Assembly: GCF_051097895.1 (NCBI RefSeq)
Contig: NZ_CP142525.1
Coordinates: forward strand, 1,080,001-1,112,000
Length of the DNA: 32,000 bases
From: Psychrobacter sp. HD31
GTDB taxonomy: Bacteria; Pseudomonadota; Gammaproteobacteria; Pseudomonadales; Moraxellaceae
Direction of reading: 5' to 3'
Made by a program: the position numbers and the translations under genes. The notes under the pieces are model-generated. The model had not been told where the DNA came from, did no database searches, and saw only the letters and a list, made by a program, of their open reading frames with translations. This document shows, in pieces, positions 1-10,606 of the stretch. Every line of letters starts with the position of its first letter. The first letter of the stretch is position 1.

Positions 1-1086
1 CAGCAAACCACTTTGCTTTAATCGCTCAACCACTTTAGCGATTTCTTTATCTGCCAGCATTGAAAAAACAACAACAATTCGTCCTGGGTGCGGCACATTG
101 TTTGGCAAATATTTAGATAGGTTTAAAGTTAACTGATTGATTAAAAAGTCAACCCCATCTTCATTGTGTGCCACATCAAATAGCCATCGTCTTTGTTTAA
201 TTTCTTGGTAATCAAAACGCCCTGCAAGCTTAACGGTTTGCATCGCTTTTTCAATATGACTTTGTTGGATGTCTAAACCACTCGCCAACACAGCACTGAT
301 TGCATTTGCCACATTCACCAAAGCCAAACTTGGTTTTGTCAGTTGCATGGTTATTGCCGCATTGCTATATTGCCAATACTGCTGGTTATTAGCCTCATTT
401 CTATAAGCAAAGTGTTTACCCGCTTGATAACATAGTGCATCCAGCTCATCTACCTTTTGCTGCACACTCGCTGGCATCTGTATATCTCCAAAGATTAATG
501 GAATACCTTGCCTTAAAATACCCGCTTTTTCATATCCAATTTTTTCTTTATCATCGCCAAGCCAATCAACATGATCAATACCAATGTTTGTTATCAGCGC
601 AACATTTGGGTCAATGATATTAACAACATCTAAACGTCCACCCAAACCAACTTCTAACACCCATACATCACAATTGTTTTGAGCAAAAATTAAAAAAGCA
701 GCTAAGCTAGTCATCTCAAAAAAAGATAAGCTCAAATTGCACTCTTTGCGCGCTTGTTCTACTTTTTCAAATGCATCAATTAATACATCATTTTGTATTG
801 GCTTACCATTAATTTTAATCCGTTCATTAAAGTCAATCAGCTCTGGTGATTGATATAATGCCGTTTTATAGCCCGCTTGTTGACAAATTTCAGCAATTGC
901 TGCAGTTGTTGAGCCTTTACCGTTGGTACCTGCAACCGTAAAAACTTTTGCCTTTTTTGCCGAGCCTATCACACCTAAGTTTTGAGCTACAGGCTCAACC
1001 CTTGATAAGCCCATATCAATAGCAGATACATGTATCCCTTGTATATAAGTTAACCATTCATCAAGTGATTTGTTAATCATCTGCAT
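1..1086 (-). CDS. folC: Folylpolyglutamate synthase / dihydrofolate synthase FolC, N-terminal 362 codons; C-terminus runs off the left edge
   Basis: Absent from the ORF track because there is no stop in the window. My reverse-strand translation from ATG 1086..1084 reads MQMINKSLDEWLTYIQGIH..FTVAGTNGKGSTTAAIAE..WVLEVGLGGRLDVVNII..ITNIGIDHVDWLGDDKEKIGYEKAGI and stays open in frame to position 1. It has the Mur-ligase P-loop GTNGKGS, and accD lies nearby as in E. coli. Confidence 0.85.
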   Translation of the reverse strand, partial: MQMINKSLDEWLTYIQGIHVSAIDMGLSRVEPVAQNLGVIGSAKKAKVFTVAGTNGKGSTTAAIAEICQQAGYKTALYQSPELIDFNERIKINGKPIQNDVLIDAFEKVEQARKECNLSLSFFEMTSLAAFLIFAQNNCDVWVLEVGLGGRLDVVNIIDPNVALITNIGIDHVDWLGDDKEKIGYEKAGILRQGIPLIFGDIQMPASVQQKVDELDALCYQAGKHFAYRNEANNQQYWQYSNAAITMQLTKPSLALVNVANAISAVLASGLDIQQSHIEKAMQTVKLAGRFDYQEIKQRRWLFDVAHNEDGVDFLINQLTLNLSKYLPNNVPHPGRIVVVFSMLADKEIAKVVERLKQSGLL

Positions 1087-1173
1087 GTGTTATAAATCCT
1101 TCATTAAATATATTACCGTTACTCATACAGTATAAAAATATGCGGTTATTTATACAAACTAAATATAAAGCCT

Positions 1174-1211
1174 CATAAAAAAAGAGCCTATTTAAAGTAA
1201 TAGGCTCTTTT
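1174..1211 (-). terminator. Rho-independent terminator after the RlpA-like gene
   Basis: Perfect 11-bp stem aaagagcctat (1181-1191) / ataggctcttt (1200-1210) with an 8-nt loop. The A-run at 1177-1183 gives a T-tract after the stem on the minus strand. It lies 19 nt downstream of the stop at 1230. Confidence 0.75.
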
Positions 1212-1229
1212 AAATACTTTAACACGTGT

Positions 1230-1598
1230 TTACGTACAAACTTTTTTGCCATAACGCCAGGTTTTTGGCTTATGAATAACTTCTAACTTCACCTTGCAAA
1301 GGTTACAATTAAGTTTTTGGTTCGCTTTTTTAGAAAGGTCGATAACGCGACCATGTGCATATGGTCCACGGTCATTAATACATACAACCGTTGATTTACC
1401 ATTACGTAAATTAGTTACTTTAACTTTTGTACCAAAGGTTAATGTTTTGTGTGCTGCTGTCATTGCATGCATGTTGTAGGTTTCACCATTTGCCGTTCGT
1501 TTGCCGTGAAAACCTGGACCATACCAGCTTGCTACGCCTGCAAATGCTTGAGTTATACTTGCAACTAACAAGACTGTTGGTAATAAAAACTTCTTCAT
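1230..1598 (-). CDS. Small secreted RlpA-like double-psi beta-barrel (DPBB) protein, no SPOR domain
   Basis: 122 aa with signal peptide [20 protein letters not shown]. The motif [58 protein letters not shown] is typical of the RlpA/DPBB family. Confidence 0.8.
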   Translation of the reverse strand: MKKFLLPTVLLVASITQAFAGVASWYGPGFHGKRTANGETYNMHAMTAAHKTLTFGTKVKVTNLRNGKSTVVCINDRGPYAHGRVIDLSKKANQKLNCNLCKVKLEVIHKPKTWRYGKKVCT

Positions 1599-2163
1599 GG
1601 GGAGTGTTACTCCTTAGTATTTAAATGAATTTAAAGCAGATAAACCAAATTAAATATCATCATTGTCTGCTTATCAGTTTAATCTTAAATGGCTATCATA
1701 AATTGCTTTTTAAGATTGAAACAACCACCCAAAATCCAATAGCTACCCGCCTAAAGACGGGCATTATTAAATAAGATTTTTGGCAATCACTCCATTAAAC
1801 CACCAAGGCATTGATTCCTTACAAAGAGATACGTAACACACGGAAAAACCGCACAATGCCGGTTACATATCTTTACTTAGAGCGCAAATATAAAGCAAAA
1901 GTCGTTTTTTATCAAGTGACTGACAAGTAAAACAGGTTTACAGGAAGTTACTTTAACGCTTTGTTTTATAAAAAACCTTGTAAAAATTAATGTGTATTAA
2001 ACCCTATATTTTCCTTTCTATCCATAGTGGCTATGTAAAATTTGCTTGGTAAACTTAAGCGAGGCTATCAGTTTTCTTTCACAAATCTTGCTTACATAAT
2101 TTTTTTGTTTAATTGTTTAAAATTTGAACAATTTGTAATGCCAATAACCAACATCTGGCTCAT

Positions 2164-3087
2164 TTAGGCAACATTTTTTATGTTAGACAATTTTGCCAAA
2201 ATTCGATAAACCGTATCAATCAGTTGATGACGATGTACCACTTGGTCAATCACACCATGTTCTAACAAAAACTCAGCGCGTTGAAATGGTTCTTCAAGCG
2301 TTTCTCTCACTGTTTGTTCTATCACTCGCTTACCGGCAAAACCAATCATTGCTTTTGGTTCAGCAATGTGTACATCACCAAGCATTGCTAATGAAGCAGT
2401 CACCCCACCATACACTGGGTTGGTTAGCACCACCAAATAAGGCACACCTGCCTGCTTTAATCGCTCAATAATGGCAGAAGTACGTGCCATTTGCATCAGT
2501 GATAGCAAGCCTTCTTGCATACGCGCACCGCCTGAGGCAGCAAAGCAAACTAACGGAATCCCTTGTTTTAAGGCTGCCTCCCCTGCTTGCACAAATCTAT
2601 CACCCACCACAGAACCCATTGAGCCACCCATAAAACGGAAGTCAAATGCACAGCCAATCATTTCTAAATTTTTTACTTTGCCATGCAACACGACTAGCCC
2701 TTCGGTTTCGCCCGTTTTTTCTTGTGCTTGGGTCATACGTTCTGGGTAAGGTTTGCTATCAACAAAGTTAAGTGGGTTGCCTGCTTTAAACTCTTGCCCT
2801 AATTCGGCAAACACTTCATCAAAAAACCAGTTTAATCGCTTACGGGCACCCATAGTTAGGTGATGCTCACAATGCGGGCATACATAGCTATTAAAGCTTA
2901 ATGCTGTGTTTGTAATCATAATGTGGCAATTTGGGCATTCTGTAGATGGCTCTGTTTCTACCGCACTTAACTGCGTAGGACGAGGTTTAACGCCTTGAAG
3001 TGGGCGCTCCATCCATGTTTGAGGAATGGTTTGTGCCCCGTTAGTTGCTTCGTTTTTTTGTTCTGCCATTAGAGTATCCTTGAGCAT
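2164..3087 (-). CDS. accD: Acetyl-CoA carboxylase carboxyltransferase beta subunit
   Basis: N-terminal Cys4 zinc ribbon CPNCHIM..CPHCEHH followed by a carboxyltransferase core (GGSMGSVVGD, FAASGGARMQEG). The second in-frame ATG at 3069 is preceded by AAGGA and may be the true start. Confidence 0.95.
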   Translation of the reverse strand: MLKDTLMAEQKNEATNGAQTIPQTWMERPLQGVKPRPTQLSAVETEPSTECPNCHIMITNTALSFNSYVCPHCEHHLTMGARKRLNWFFDEVFAELGQEFKAGNPLNFVDSKPYPERMTQAQEKTGETEGLVVLHGKVKNLEMIGCAFDFRFMGGSMGSVVGDRFVQAGEAALKQGIPLVCFAASGGARMQEGLLSLMQMARTSAIIERLKQAGVPYLVVLTNPVYGGVTASLAMLGDVHIAEPKAMIGFAGKRVIEQTVRETLEEPFQRAEFLLEHGVIDQVVHRHQLIDTVYRILAKLSNIKNVA

Positions 3088-3133
3088 CTAATCTGTTGTA
3101 TACACGGTTTGATAACCTGAGTGTAATTGTAAC

Positions 3134-3175
3134 ATAATATTAACAACTGTATTAGTTTACAATTGTAAACTAATA
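3134..3175 (-). promoter_or_regulatory. Candidate accD promoter (TTGTAA-17-TATTAT on the minus strand) overlapped by a 26-bp perfect palindrome (candidate operator)
   Basis: tattagtttacaattgtaaactaata (3150-3175) is an exact inverted repeat. Read on the minus strand, TTGTAA (3162-3157), a 17-nt spacer and TATTAT (3139-3134) form a sigma70-like promoter about 65 nt upstream of the accD start. Related half-site copies are TAATTGTAAC (3124-3133) and TAATTACAAAC (3174-3184). Confidence 0.5.
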
Positions 3176-3206
3176 ATTACAAACAAAAAATCTCAGGCCT
3201 TTTTAT

Positions 3207-3839
3207 CTAAAACTCCAAAATATCTATTAAGGTATGGTAAATCGCATACACAGCAACCAGTAATAAAATCAAACCAGAAAGCTTACTAATAATATTGACA
3301 ACCCTATTGTTTGTAATTTTAGAAAAAACAAGCGAATAGCCAGATAAAATGGCATAGTCCAGTAATATCCACAGCACACTTAACACTGCCATGGATATGT
3401 AATTGTTATTAGAAAGATTAAAAAATAATGGAAAAAAACCAATAAAAAACAGGACATCTTTAGGGTTAGCAATACCCACGACAAAACCATCTTTAAAATG
3501 ATTTTTAGTTATTTTTATACGATCATCATCCTTTACTTGCTTAAGATCTATTTTATCTTTAATAATCCCAATAGCAAAAACCAACAAGTACAGAGACCCA
3601 AAAAAAGTCAGTACAGCAAGCGCTTTTTCGCTAACTGAAAACGCCCCTTGAATAACGGCAAAGGATAATGCCATTAAAACCAAAGATGCTGTATTTGTGC
3701 CTGCAACCGTTGCCAGCCCTGATTTAAAACCATATTTGGCTGCCGTATTTACTACCATGACAGTAACTGGACCAGGCGTACTTAAAAATAATACCACTGC
3801 CGAAATATAAGCAAATACTAATATAAAATCAATTTGCAT
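3207..3839 (-). CDS. LysE/RhtB-family amino-acid efflux transporter
   Basis: 210 aa, about 6 TM segments, N-terminal STPGPVTVMVVNTAAKYGFKSGLATVAGT typical of LysE/RhtB translocators. Its start overlaps the upstream SDR stop by 11 nt. Confidence 0.8.
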   Translation of the reverse strand: MQIDFILVFAYISAVVLFLSTPGPVTVMVVNTAAKYGFKSGLATVAGTNTASLVLMALSFAVIQGAFSVSEKALAVLTFFGSLYLLVFAIGIIKDKIDLKQVKDDDRIKITKNHFKDGFVVGIANPKDVLFFIGFFPLFFNLSNNNYISMAVLSVLWILLDYAILSGYSLVFSKITNNRVVNIISKLSGLILLLVAVYAIYHTLIDILEF

Positions 3840-4590
3840 TATTTACTTTGCTTACCTTTAGCCCTGCATAAGTTTGCGCCGTTGGCATCACTTCTAAAGA
3901 ATTAATATTAACGTGTTCGGGCTGCTCAGCAAGCCACATCACAATGTTCGCAATATCTTGCGCCGTAACATAGTTAATATCTTCATAGACACTTTGCGCT
4001 TTTTTATCATCGCCTTTAAAACGCACATTAGAAAACTCTGTACCACCAGTTAATCCAGGCTCTAGGTTAGTCACTCTAATATTTTTACCATACAAATCTG
4101 CACGTAAATTATTGCTAAACATCTTAACAAAGGCTTTAGTAGCACCATATACATTTGCCCCAAAATAAGGGTGGTTACCCGCTGTAGAGCCCACATTAAT
4201 AATCAGCCCAGAATTATTGGCAACCATTTTTGGCAAAATTAAGCGTGTTAAATGCGCTAATCCAGTGACGTTAACATTAATCATATTCTGCCAATCAGCA
4301 AAGTCAGCTTTATCTGCTGACTCTAGCCCTAATGCCAAACCTGCATTATTTACCAAAATGTCTATGTGATCTAATAAAGATGCTGGCAAGCTTTCTATTG
4401 CCGCTTTGGTATCAGTTAAGTCTGCCACATCAAAACATAAGGGTACAAATTTATCTCCCAACTTACTTTGTAATTCGTCAAGTTTTGATGCTCTACGACC
4501 GGTACCAATGACCGTATACCCTTTGTTGATAAAATCTATTGCTATCTGTTTGCCAAAACCTGCGGTGGCACCTGTTACTAACGCGATCAT
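3829..4590 (-). CDS. ydfG: NADP-dependent 3-hydroxy acid dehydrogenase, YdfG-like short-chain dehydrogenase/reductase
   Basis: MIALVTGATAGFG cofactor motif, NNAG, catalytic YGATKAF, and C-terminal GGTEFSNVRFKGDDKKA..HVNINSLEVMP. It is collinear with my recollection of E. coli YdfG. Confidence 0.8.
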   Translation of the reverse strand: MIALVTGATAGFGKQIAIDFINKGYTVIGTGRRASKLDELQSKLGDKFVPLCFDVADLTDTKAAIESLPASLLDHIDILVNNAGLALGLESADKADFADWQNMINVNVTGLAHLTRLILPKMVANNSGLIINVGSTAGNHPYFGANVYGATKAFVKMFSNNLRADLYGKNIRVTNLEPGLTGGTEFSNVRFKGDDKKAQSVYEDINYVTAQDIANIVMWLAEQPEHVNINSLEVMPTAQTYAGLKVSKVNNAN

Positions 4591-4634
4591 ATTGATTCCT
4601 TTTTTTTAAATTGAATACATTAACACTAAAAATC

Positions 4635-6302
4635 TTATAACAAACCATCTATTGGCAACATAGATAAAATGTCGACAATAATCGTATCCTGTAAGTCTAC
4701 CTCTGGTTCATGATAATACACAACCTGTTTACCATTTTCTAAAGTATGCCACTCGATTTTACCCATTGGGCTTAGTTTAAGACGATAATTAACCACATCT
4801 TTATTTTGTTCAAATGCTTTATTCACCGCTTTGGCTAGCCTCTCGCTATCAAAAACGATACCCAGCTCAGTGTTTAACTTTGCCGAACGAGGATCTAAAT
4901 TTGGCGAACCAACAAACAGGTATTTGTCGTCTACCGTAAATGACTTTGCATGCAAACTGGCATTGCTATCTGGCAAAATTCCATTGATGTCATAATCATC
5001 TCGGTACTTCTGATCATATTCGTCATCATCATATTCATCATTTTTTGGTTCTGGCTTAAACTCATAAATCTCAATTCCAGCAGCAAGGAGCGCCTTACGG
5101 TATTTTTGATAGCCTGCATGAACCAAAGTGACATCTGTTGATGCCAACGAGTTGGTCATCACAATCACGCGTTTGCCTTTTTTAGCAATATCAATCAAAA
5201 ACTGGCTGCCAACTTCCGTAGGCACAAAGTAAGGAGAGATAATCAATAATTGCTGTTTTGTACTGGCAATAAAAGGCACTGTTTTGGCAATCACACTCTC
5301 TTGGTAAGTAAAATCTTTACCCGATGATACTTTAGTAGGCGGATCACTATAAAAATGTGTATTATCTGCCCAAACTAGCAAAGTGTTATCATTGTTATCT
5401 ACATAATGTGGATACTTGGTATCAAAGAGAGTTGCCAAATAAGACTTGGTTCTCGTTATATTGCGTATTTTTATGTCGTGCTCGGTTTGATACATCTCAT
5501 TTATTGTTGATGCGTTTGGAGCATGGGTATTAACATCAGGCTTGGCGATACGCTCAATCGGGTAGCTTGCCTCATTTGCCCAATATTTATCAAAATCTTG
5601 CTGAATCTCTTCAACCACTTGCCCAACGACTGACACATCTAAATCACCAAACATTAAGCCGCTACTTGCCTGAAAATATTCATCTCCGATATTACGCCCC
5701 CCAATCACACTAATGACGCCATCTACCGTAAAAGATTTATTGTGCATGCGCCTGTTAATTCTAAACGTATCTGTAAAATAAGAGATACTACGGAGCTTGC
5801 GCTGGGCATAAGGATTAAATAGGCGTACTTCGATTTTAGGGTGGCTATTGAGCTTTAAGAGGATGTTATCCATACCTCGAGTTGCATTGTCATCAAGCAG
5901 TAAACGGATACGCACGCCTCTATCAGCTGCTTTTTGCAAGCTTTTTAATAGTAACCGTCCAGACGTATCGTCATGCCAAATATAGTATTGTGCATCAATA
6001 GAGTCTTCCGCTTTTTCAATAAGCGATAATCTTGCCGTAAACGCCTCAAGACCTTCATGTAAAATGTAAGCCGCCGATTTATCTGCATGCTTAGCATTAT
6101 CTGGCAAAATACGCTTTGCAAGTTGCGTGTTTGGGTTAGCTGGTAGGTAGCTAGAGATAGTACGGTTGGTATTGTCAGGTAGGCTAATACATGCTGTCAC
6201 GCTACTAATACTAAGGACAACGCCAAGCAATCGTACCACAGTTTTTAAATGGAAACCCTTTAACGCAAAGATTGTTGTTTTTAAACATCCTTGTTTCAAC
6301 AT
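4635..6302 (-). CDS. Phospholipase D family lipoprotein with two HKD motifs
   Basis: Lipobox VTAC after a hydrophobic leader. HKD motifs are HNKSFTVDG..GGRNIGDEY and HAKSFTVDD..GSPNLDPRS. An acidic Tyr/Asp-rich insert KNDEYDDDEYDQKYRDDYD lies before the second HKD. Confidence 0.85.
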   Translation of the reverse strand: MLKQGCLKTTIFALKGFHLKTVVRLLGVVLSISSVTACISLPDNTNRTISSYLPANPNTQLAKRILPDNAKHADKSAAYILHEGLEAFTARLSLIEKAEDSIDAQYYIWHDDTSGRLLLKSLQKAADRGVRIRLLLDDNATRGMDNILLKLNSHPKIEVRLFNPYAQRKLRSISYFTDTFRINRRMHNKSFTVDGVISVIGGRNIGDEYFQASSGLMFGDLDVSVVGQVVEEIQQDFDKYWANEASYPIERIAKPDVNTHAPNASTINEMYQTEHDIKIRNITRTKSYLATLFDTKYPHYVDNNDNTLLVWADNTHFYSDPPTKVSSGKDFTYQESVIAKTVPFIASTKQQLLIISPYFVPTEVGSQFLIDIAKKGKRVIVMTNSLASTDVTLVHAGYQKYRKALLAAGIEIYEFKPEPKNDEYDDDEYDQKYRDDYDINGILPDSNASLHAKSFTVDDKYLFVGSPNLDPRSAKLNTELGIVFDSERLAKAVNKAFEQNKDVVNYRLKLSPMGKIEWHTLENGKQVVYYHEPEVDLQDTIIVDILSMLPIDGLL

Positions 6303-6335
6303 TATCGACTGCCCCTCATGTATTAATCAAAACGA

Positions 6336-9212
6336 CTAAATCAATAATTGCCGCTTGCCACCTTTATCCATTGCGCTCACAATGCCGTTTTGCTCTAATG
6401 AGTCAACGATTCGTGCCGCACGGTTATAACCAATGCTAAATTTACGCTGGATACTGGAAGCTGATACTTTGCGAGTTTCCATCACAAAGGCGACTACCTC
6501 ATCATACAAGGCATCATCTTCACCCGAAGTTGCGCCTGTTGAACCACCATTGCCTTCTTGCGCTAGTTGGAAGTTTTCACTAAAGTTAGTGATGTAATCG
6601 GGTGATCCACGCTCACGCCATGCTTCACAAACTCTATTGACTTCTTCATCGCTTACAAAGGCACCATGCACACGTTCTGGCTCAATTTGACCAGGACCTA
6701 AAAATAGCATATCACCATTGCCCAACATGTCTTCTGCACCACCTTGATCTAGGATAGTACGAGAGTCTACCTTAGAGTTAACACGCAATGCCGCACGAGC
6801 TGGAATATTTGCTTTAATCAAACCAGTGATAACATCCACCGATGGACGCTGGGTAGCAAGCATCAAATGAATGCCGGATGCACGTGATTTTTGCGCCAAA
6901 CGAGTAATTAGCTCTTCGGCTTGTTTACCAACCTGCATAATCATATCAGCAAACTCATCTGCCACAATAATAATCATTGGGAGTGGTTTAAGTTTTGGTG
7001 CTTTTTCTATGCTAACGCTGTCATTCGGTCGCCATAATGGGTCTAAAATTGGATTGCCGTCTTCTTCGGCTTGCTTAACCTTTTTGTTAAATTCATCCAA
7101 TTTACGCACGCGCAATAAACTCATTAGCTGATAGCGTCGTTCCATTTCTTGCACACACCAAGATAAAGCCCCAGCCGCTTCTGTCATATCGGTAACAACT
7201 GGCGTTAACAAATGAGGGATGTCATTATAATTGGCAAGTTCTAGCTGTTTTGGGTCAATCAAAATCAAACGTAACTGCTCTGGTGTGTACTTTAATAGCA
7301 TAGAAAGCAACATAGAGTTAACTAACACAGATTTACCAGAACCTGTTGTCCCTGCCACTAACATGTGGGGTGCTTTTGCAAGATCCGTAATAATGGTTTT
7401 ACCACCAATATCTTTACCCATTGCCATGCTAATCATGCCTTTAGGGTCTCGGTATTTTTCTGATTCTAAAAGCTCAATCAAACGTACCATTTCACGGGTT
7501 TTGTTTGGCACCTCAATCCCAATATAGGGCTTACCTGGTATCACTTCCACAACACGCAAAGATGCCATTGACATAGACCGTGCTAAATCTCGACTAATGT
7601 TAACCACTTTGCTGGCTTTAACCCCAGGTGCAAGCTCTACTTCAAAACGGGTAACAACCGGTCCTGGTATGGCATTAACCACTTCTGCCTTAATACTAAA
7701 GTCCTGCAATTTGATTGCCAACAACTCAGAAAACTTTTGCAATTCTTGCTGCGTATAGCTGGGCTTACGGTTTGGATCTGGTTTGTCTAAAATACTCAGC
7801 TCAGGGATAGAGCTTAAACTATCGCGATATTTTGCCGTTTGCATTGCCCGTGATTGACCAGCAAAGGCTGCATCATCATGAATATCTGGTAGCTTTTGAT
7901 CAATAGCTTGATTGCTCGCTGTTGTGTCAGTATCAACAGACATTGTTTCTGGTGCTTCTACCGAGGTTTCAAATGGATATGCAGGTAAATCCGTATCTGC
8001 TTCATGACTGACATGATTGTCTAACTCAGTTGGTATCTCTAAATCATCAACCAGTTGCTGCTCAACATCATTCATTGGTTGAGTGTGCTTAACCTCGGTT
8101 GAATCAAAACTTGTATGTCCGCCATTTATTAAAGCATCGTTATCTAATGCTTTATTGTCTAACGTTTTGTTATCTAAAGTACTGTTTTCTAAAACCGTAT
8201 TACTAGCTAAAGTAGTGCTAGTAATCTCTGAGTGTAAGTTATCAGATTTTTGCAAAGAAACTTGGGCTTGCTCAGCGTTAGTTTCAGTTTCAGCTTTAAT
8301 TTCAAAAGGCTCATTGTCCACTTCATCAAAATTATCCAGTTGATACGTTGGCTCCATTGGTGTAGTGGGTAACTGTGTCTCTTGGTTTGCCTTCAACCGC
8401 TGTAAATCGTCTTGCTTTTGTTTGCGAAACGCAGCACCCAAGCCAGTTGTTGCAATAAAATCTTTTAAACGGGTTTCTGAGCGGTATTTTTCTTGTTTAT
8501 TTTCTTTCTCATAGTCTAATGGCAATTGCTCAAATTCATAATCTGTATGGTCTGCAATTTCTTTATCTTCTTCAACCTCACTTTCTTCATGCTTAGGTTG
8601 TTGTTTTTCTGTTGCTAAACCAGAACCCAGCCATTTACGGTTGGCAATCTGCTTAACAATCGCTTTCCAATGCACATCAAACGCAAATGTTAACGTCACA
8701 ACAAAAAATATCAATAAAAACAATAAAGAACCCAAACGGGTAAACAACATGGTCATACGTGTAGCTAATTCATAACCAATAATGCCACCATGGCTTAACA
8801 TGCTACTGCCATGCTCAGCAATTACTTTGGTTGACCCTAATTGTTTAATATCATTGATGACAGAAAATTGACTGCTAAGCGCACTGCCCGTTAGCAGTAA
8901 AAACGCATAAACCAAAAAACGAGTCCGTGATGTATTTTGACGCTCCCACCAAATCAGCAAAGTTTCATACAAAATAATCAAAGGGATAAGCCAAGCACAC
9001 CAACCTAAAAAGGTAAATACAATATCTGACAGCCAAGCGCCAGAAATTCCGCCCATATTGGTGATGGTTGTCATATCACTACTGATATGTGACCAGCTTG
9101 GATCATTGGCTGAATGTGATATTAAAATCACCGAAAAATAAACAACCAAAAACAAACCAATCAGTGTAAAAATACCTTTTTTGGCATACTGTACGAGTTG
9201 TGTAAATGTCAC
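6336..9212 (-). CDS. ftsK: DNA translocase FtsK
   Basis: 958 aa with a GTG start and GAGGT upstream. It has N-terminal TM helices, a low-complexity acidic linker, a motor domain with Walker A GTTGSGKS and Walker B IIVADEFAD, and a C-terminal gamma winged helix (SASSIQRKFSIGYNRAARIVDSLE). Confidence 0.97.
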   Translation of the reverse strand: MTFTQLVQYAKKGIFTLIGLFLVVYFSVILISHSANDPSWSHISSDMTTITNMGGISGAWLSDIVFTFLGWCAWLIPLIILYETLLIWWERQNTSRTRFLVYAFLLLTGSALSSQFSVINDIKQLGSTKVIAEHGSSMLSHGGIIGYELATRMTMLFTRLGSLLFLLIFFVVTLTFAFDVHWKAIVKQIANRKWLGSGLATEKQQPKHEESEVEEDKEIADHTDYEFEQLPLDYEKENKQEKYRSETRLKDFIATTGLGAAFRKQKQDDLQRLKANQETQLPTTPMEPTYQLDNFDEVDNEPFEIKAETETNAEQAQVSLQKSDNLHSEITSTTLASNTVLENSTLDNKTLDNKALDNDALINGGHTSFDSTEVKHTQPMNDVEQQLVDDLEIPTELDNHVSHEADTDLPAYPFETSVEAPETMSVDTDTTASNQAIDQKLPDIHDDAAFAGQSRAMQTAKYRDSLSSIPELSILDKPDPNRKPSYTQQELQKFSELLAIKLQDFSIKAEVVNAIPGPVVTRFEVELAPGVKASKVVNISRDLARSMSMASLRVVEVIPGKPYIGIEVPNKTREMVRLIELLESEKYRDPKGMISMAMGKDIGGKTIITDLAKAPHMLVAGTTGSGKSVLVNSMLLSMLLKYTPEQLRLILIDPKQLELANYNDIPHLLTPVVTDMTEAAGALSWCVQEMERRYQLMSLLRVRKLDEFNKKVKQAEEDGNPILDPLWRPNDSVSIEKAPKLKPLPMIIIVADEFADMIMQVGKQAEELITRLAQKSRASGIHLMLATQRPSVDVITGLIKANIPARAALRVNSKVDSRTILDQGGAEDMLGNGDMLFLGPGQIEPERVHGAFVSDEEVNRVCEAWRERGSPDYITNFSENFQLAQEGNGGSTGATSGEDDALYDEVVAFVMETRKVSASSIQRKFSIGYNRAARIVDSLEQNGIVSAMDKGGKRQLLI

Positions 9213-9514
9213 TGGACTGATTACCTCAAGAAATTGTGCGTACGCTATTAAACCCTTTATGATACCAAATATTTAGCCATAAGAGTAAAATCAGCATCCG
9301 ATAATCCAAGATTTTTTACATTCAATAAGCGAATATCAATACAAGGGGTTAATTAAATTAAGCAATTTTTAAATTTGATTTTATTAACTTGATATTCACA
9401 GCAAACGCCTTTATCTTATTATAAGTAAATTGATATTGATTCAATTATCTACAAACTACGATTAACCCTTAACATTAGTCTGACTAATAAATAATTAAAT
9501 AAGCAAAAAATTAA

Positions 9515-10483
<969 letters not shown>

Positions 10484-10550
10484 ATCACCTAGTTTCTAAC
10501 TAATCAAGCCACTCAGCATCACATGGTACAAATGACTTAATTTAATTTCC

Positions 10551-10591
10551 TATAGCCTGATTGACACATGTTGATCAGGCTATATTTTTTT
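10551..10591 (+). terminator. Rho-independent terminator after trxB
   Basis: Stem tatagcctgat (10551-10561) / atcaggctata (10574-10584) followed by T7 (10585-10591). Confidence 0.8.
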
Positions 10592-10606
10592 ATCCCTCAT
10601 ATCACC

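Noticed and set aside
435-617. 60-aa plus-strand ORF near the left edge
   Set aside because: It lies antisense to the clearly FolC-like reading frame that spans 1-1086 on the minus strand.
8140-8200. Imperfect ~15-bp tandem repeats in ftsK encoding TLDNKTLDNKALDNDALIN
   Set aside because: This is low-complexity repetition in the FtsK linker, which is variable and repetitive in most bacteria. There is no sign of a separate element.
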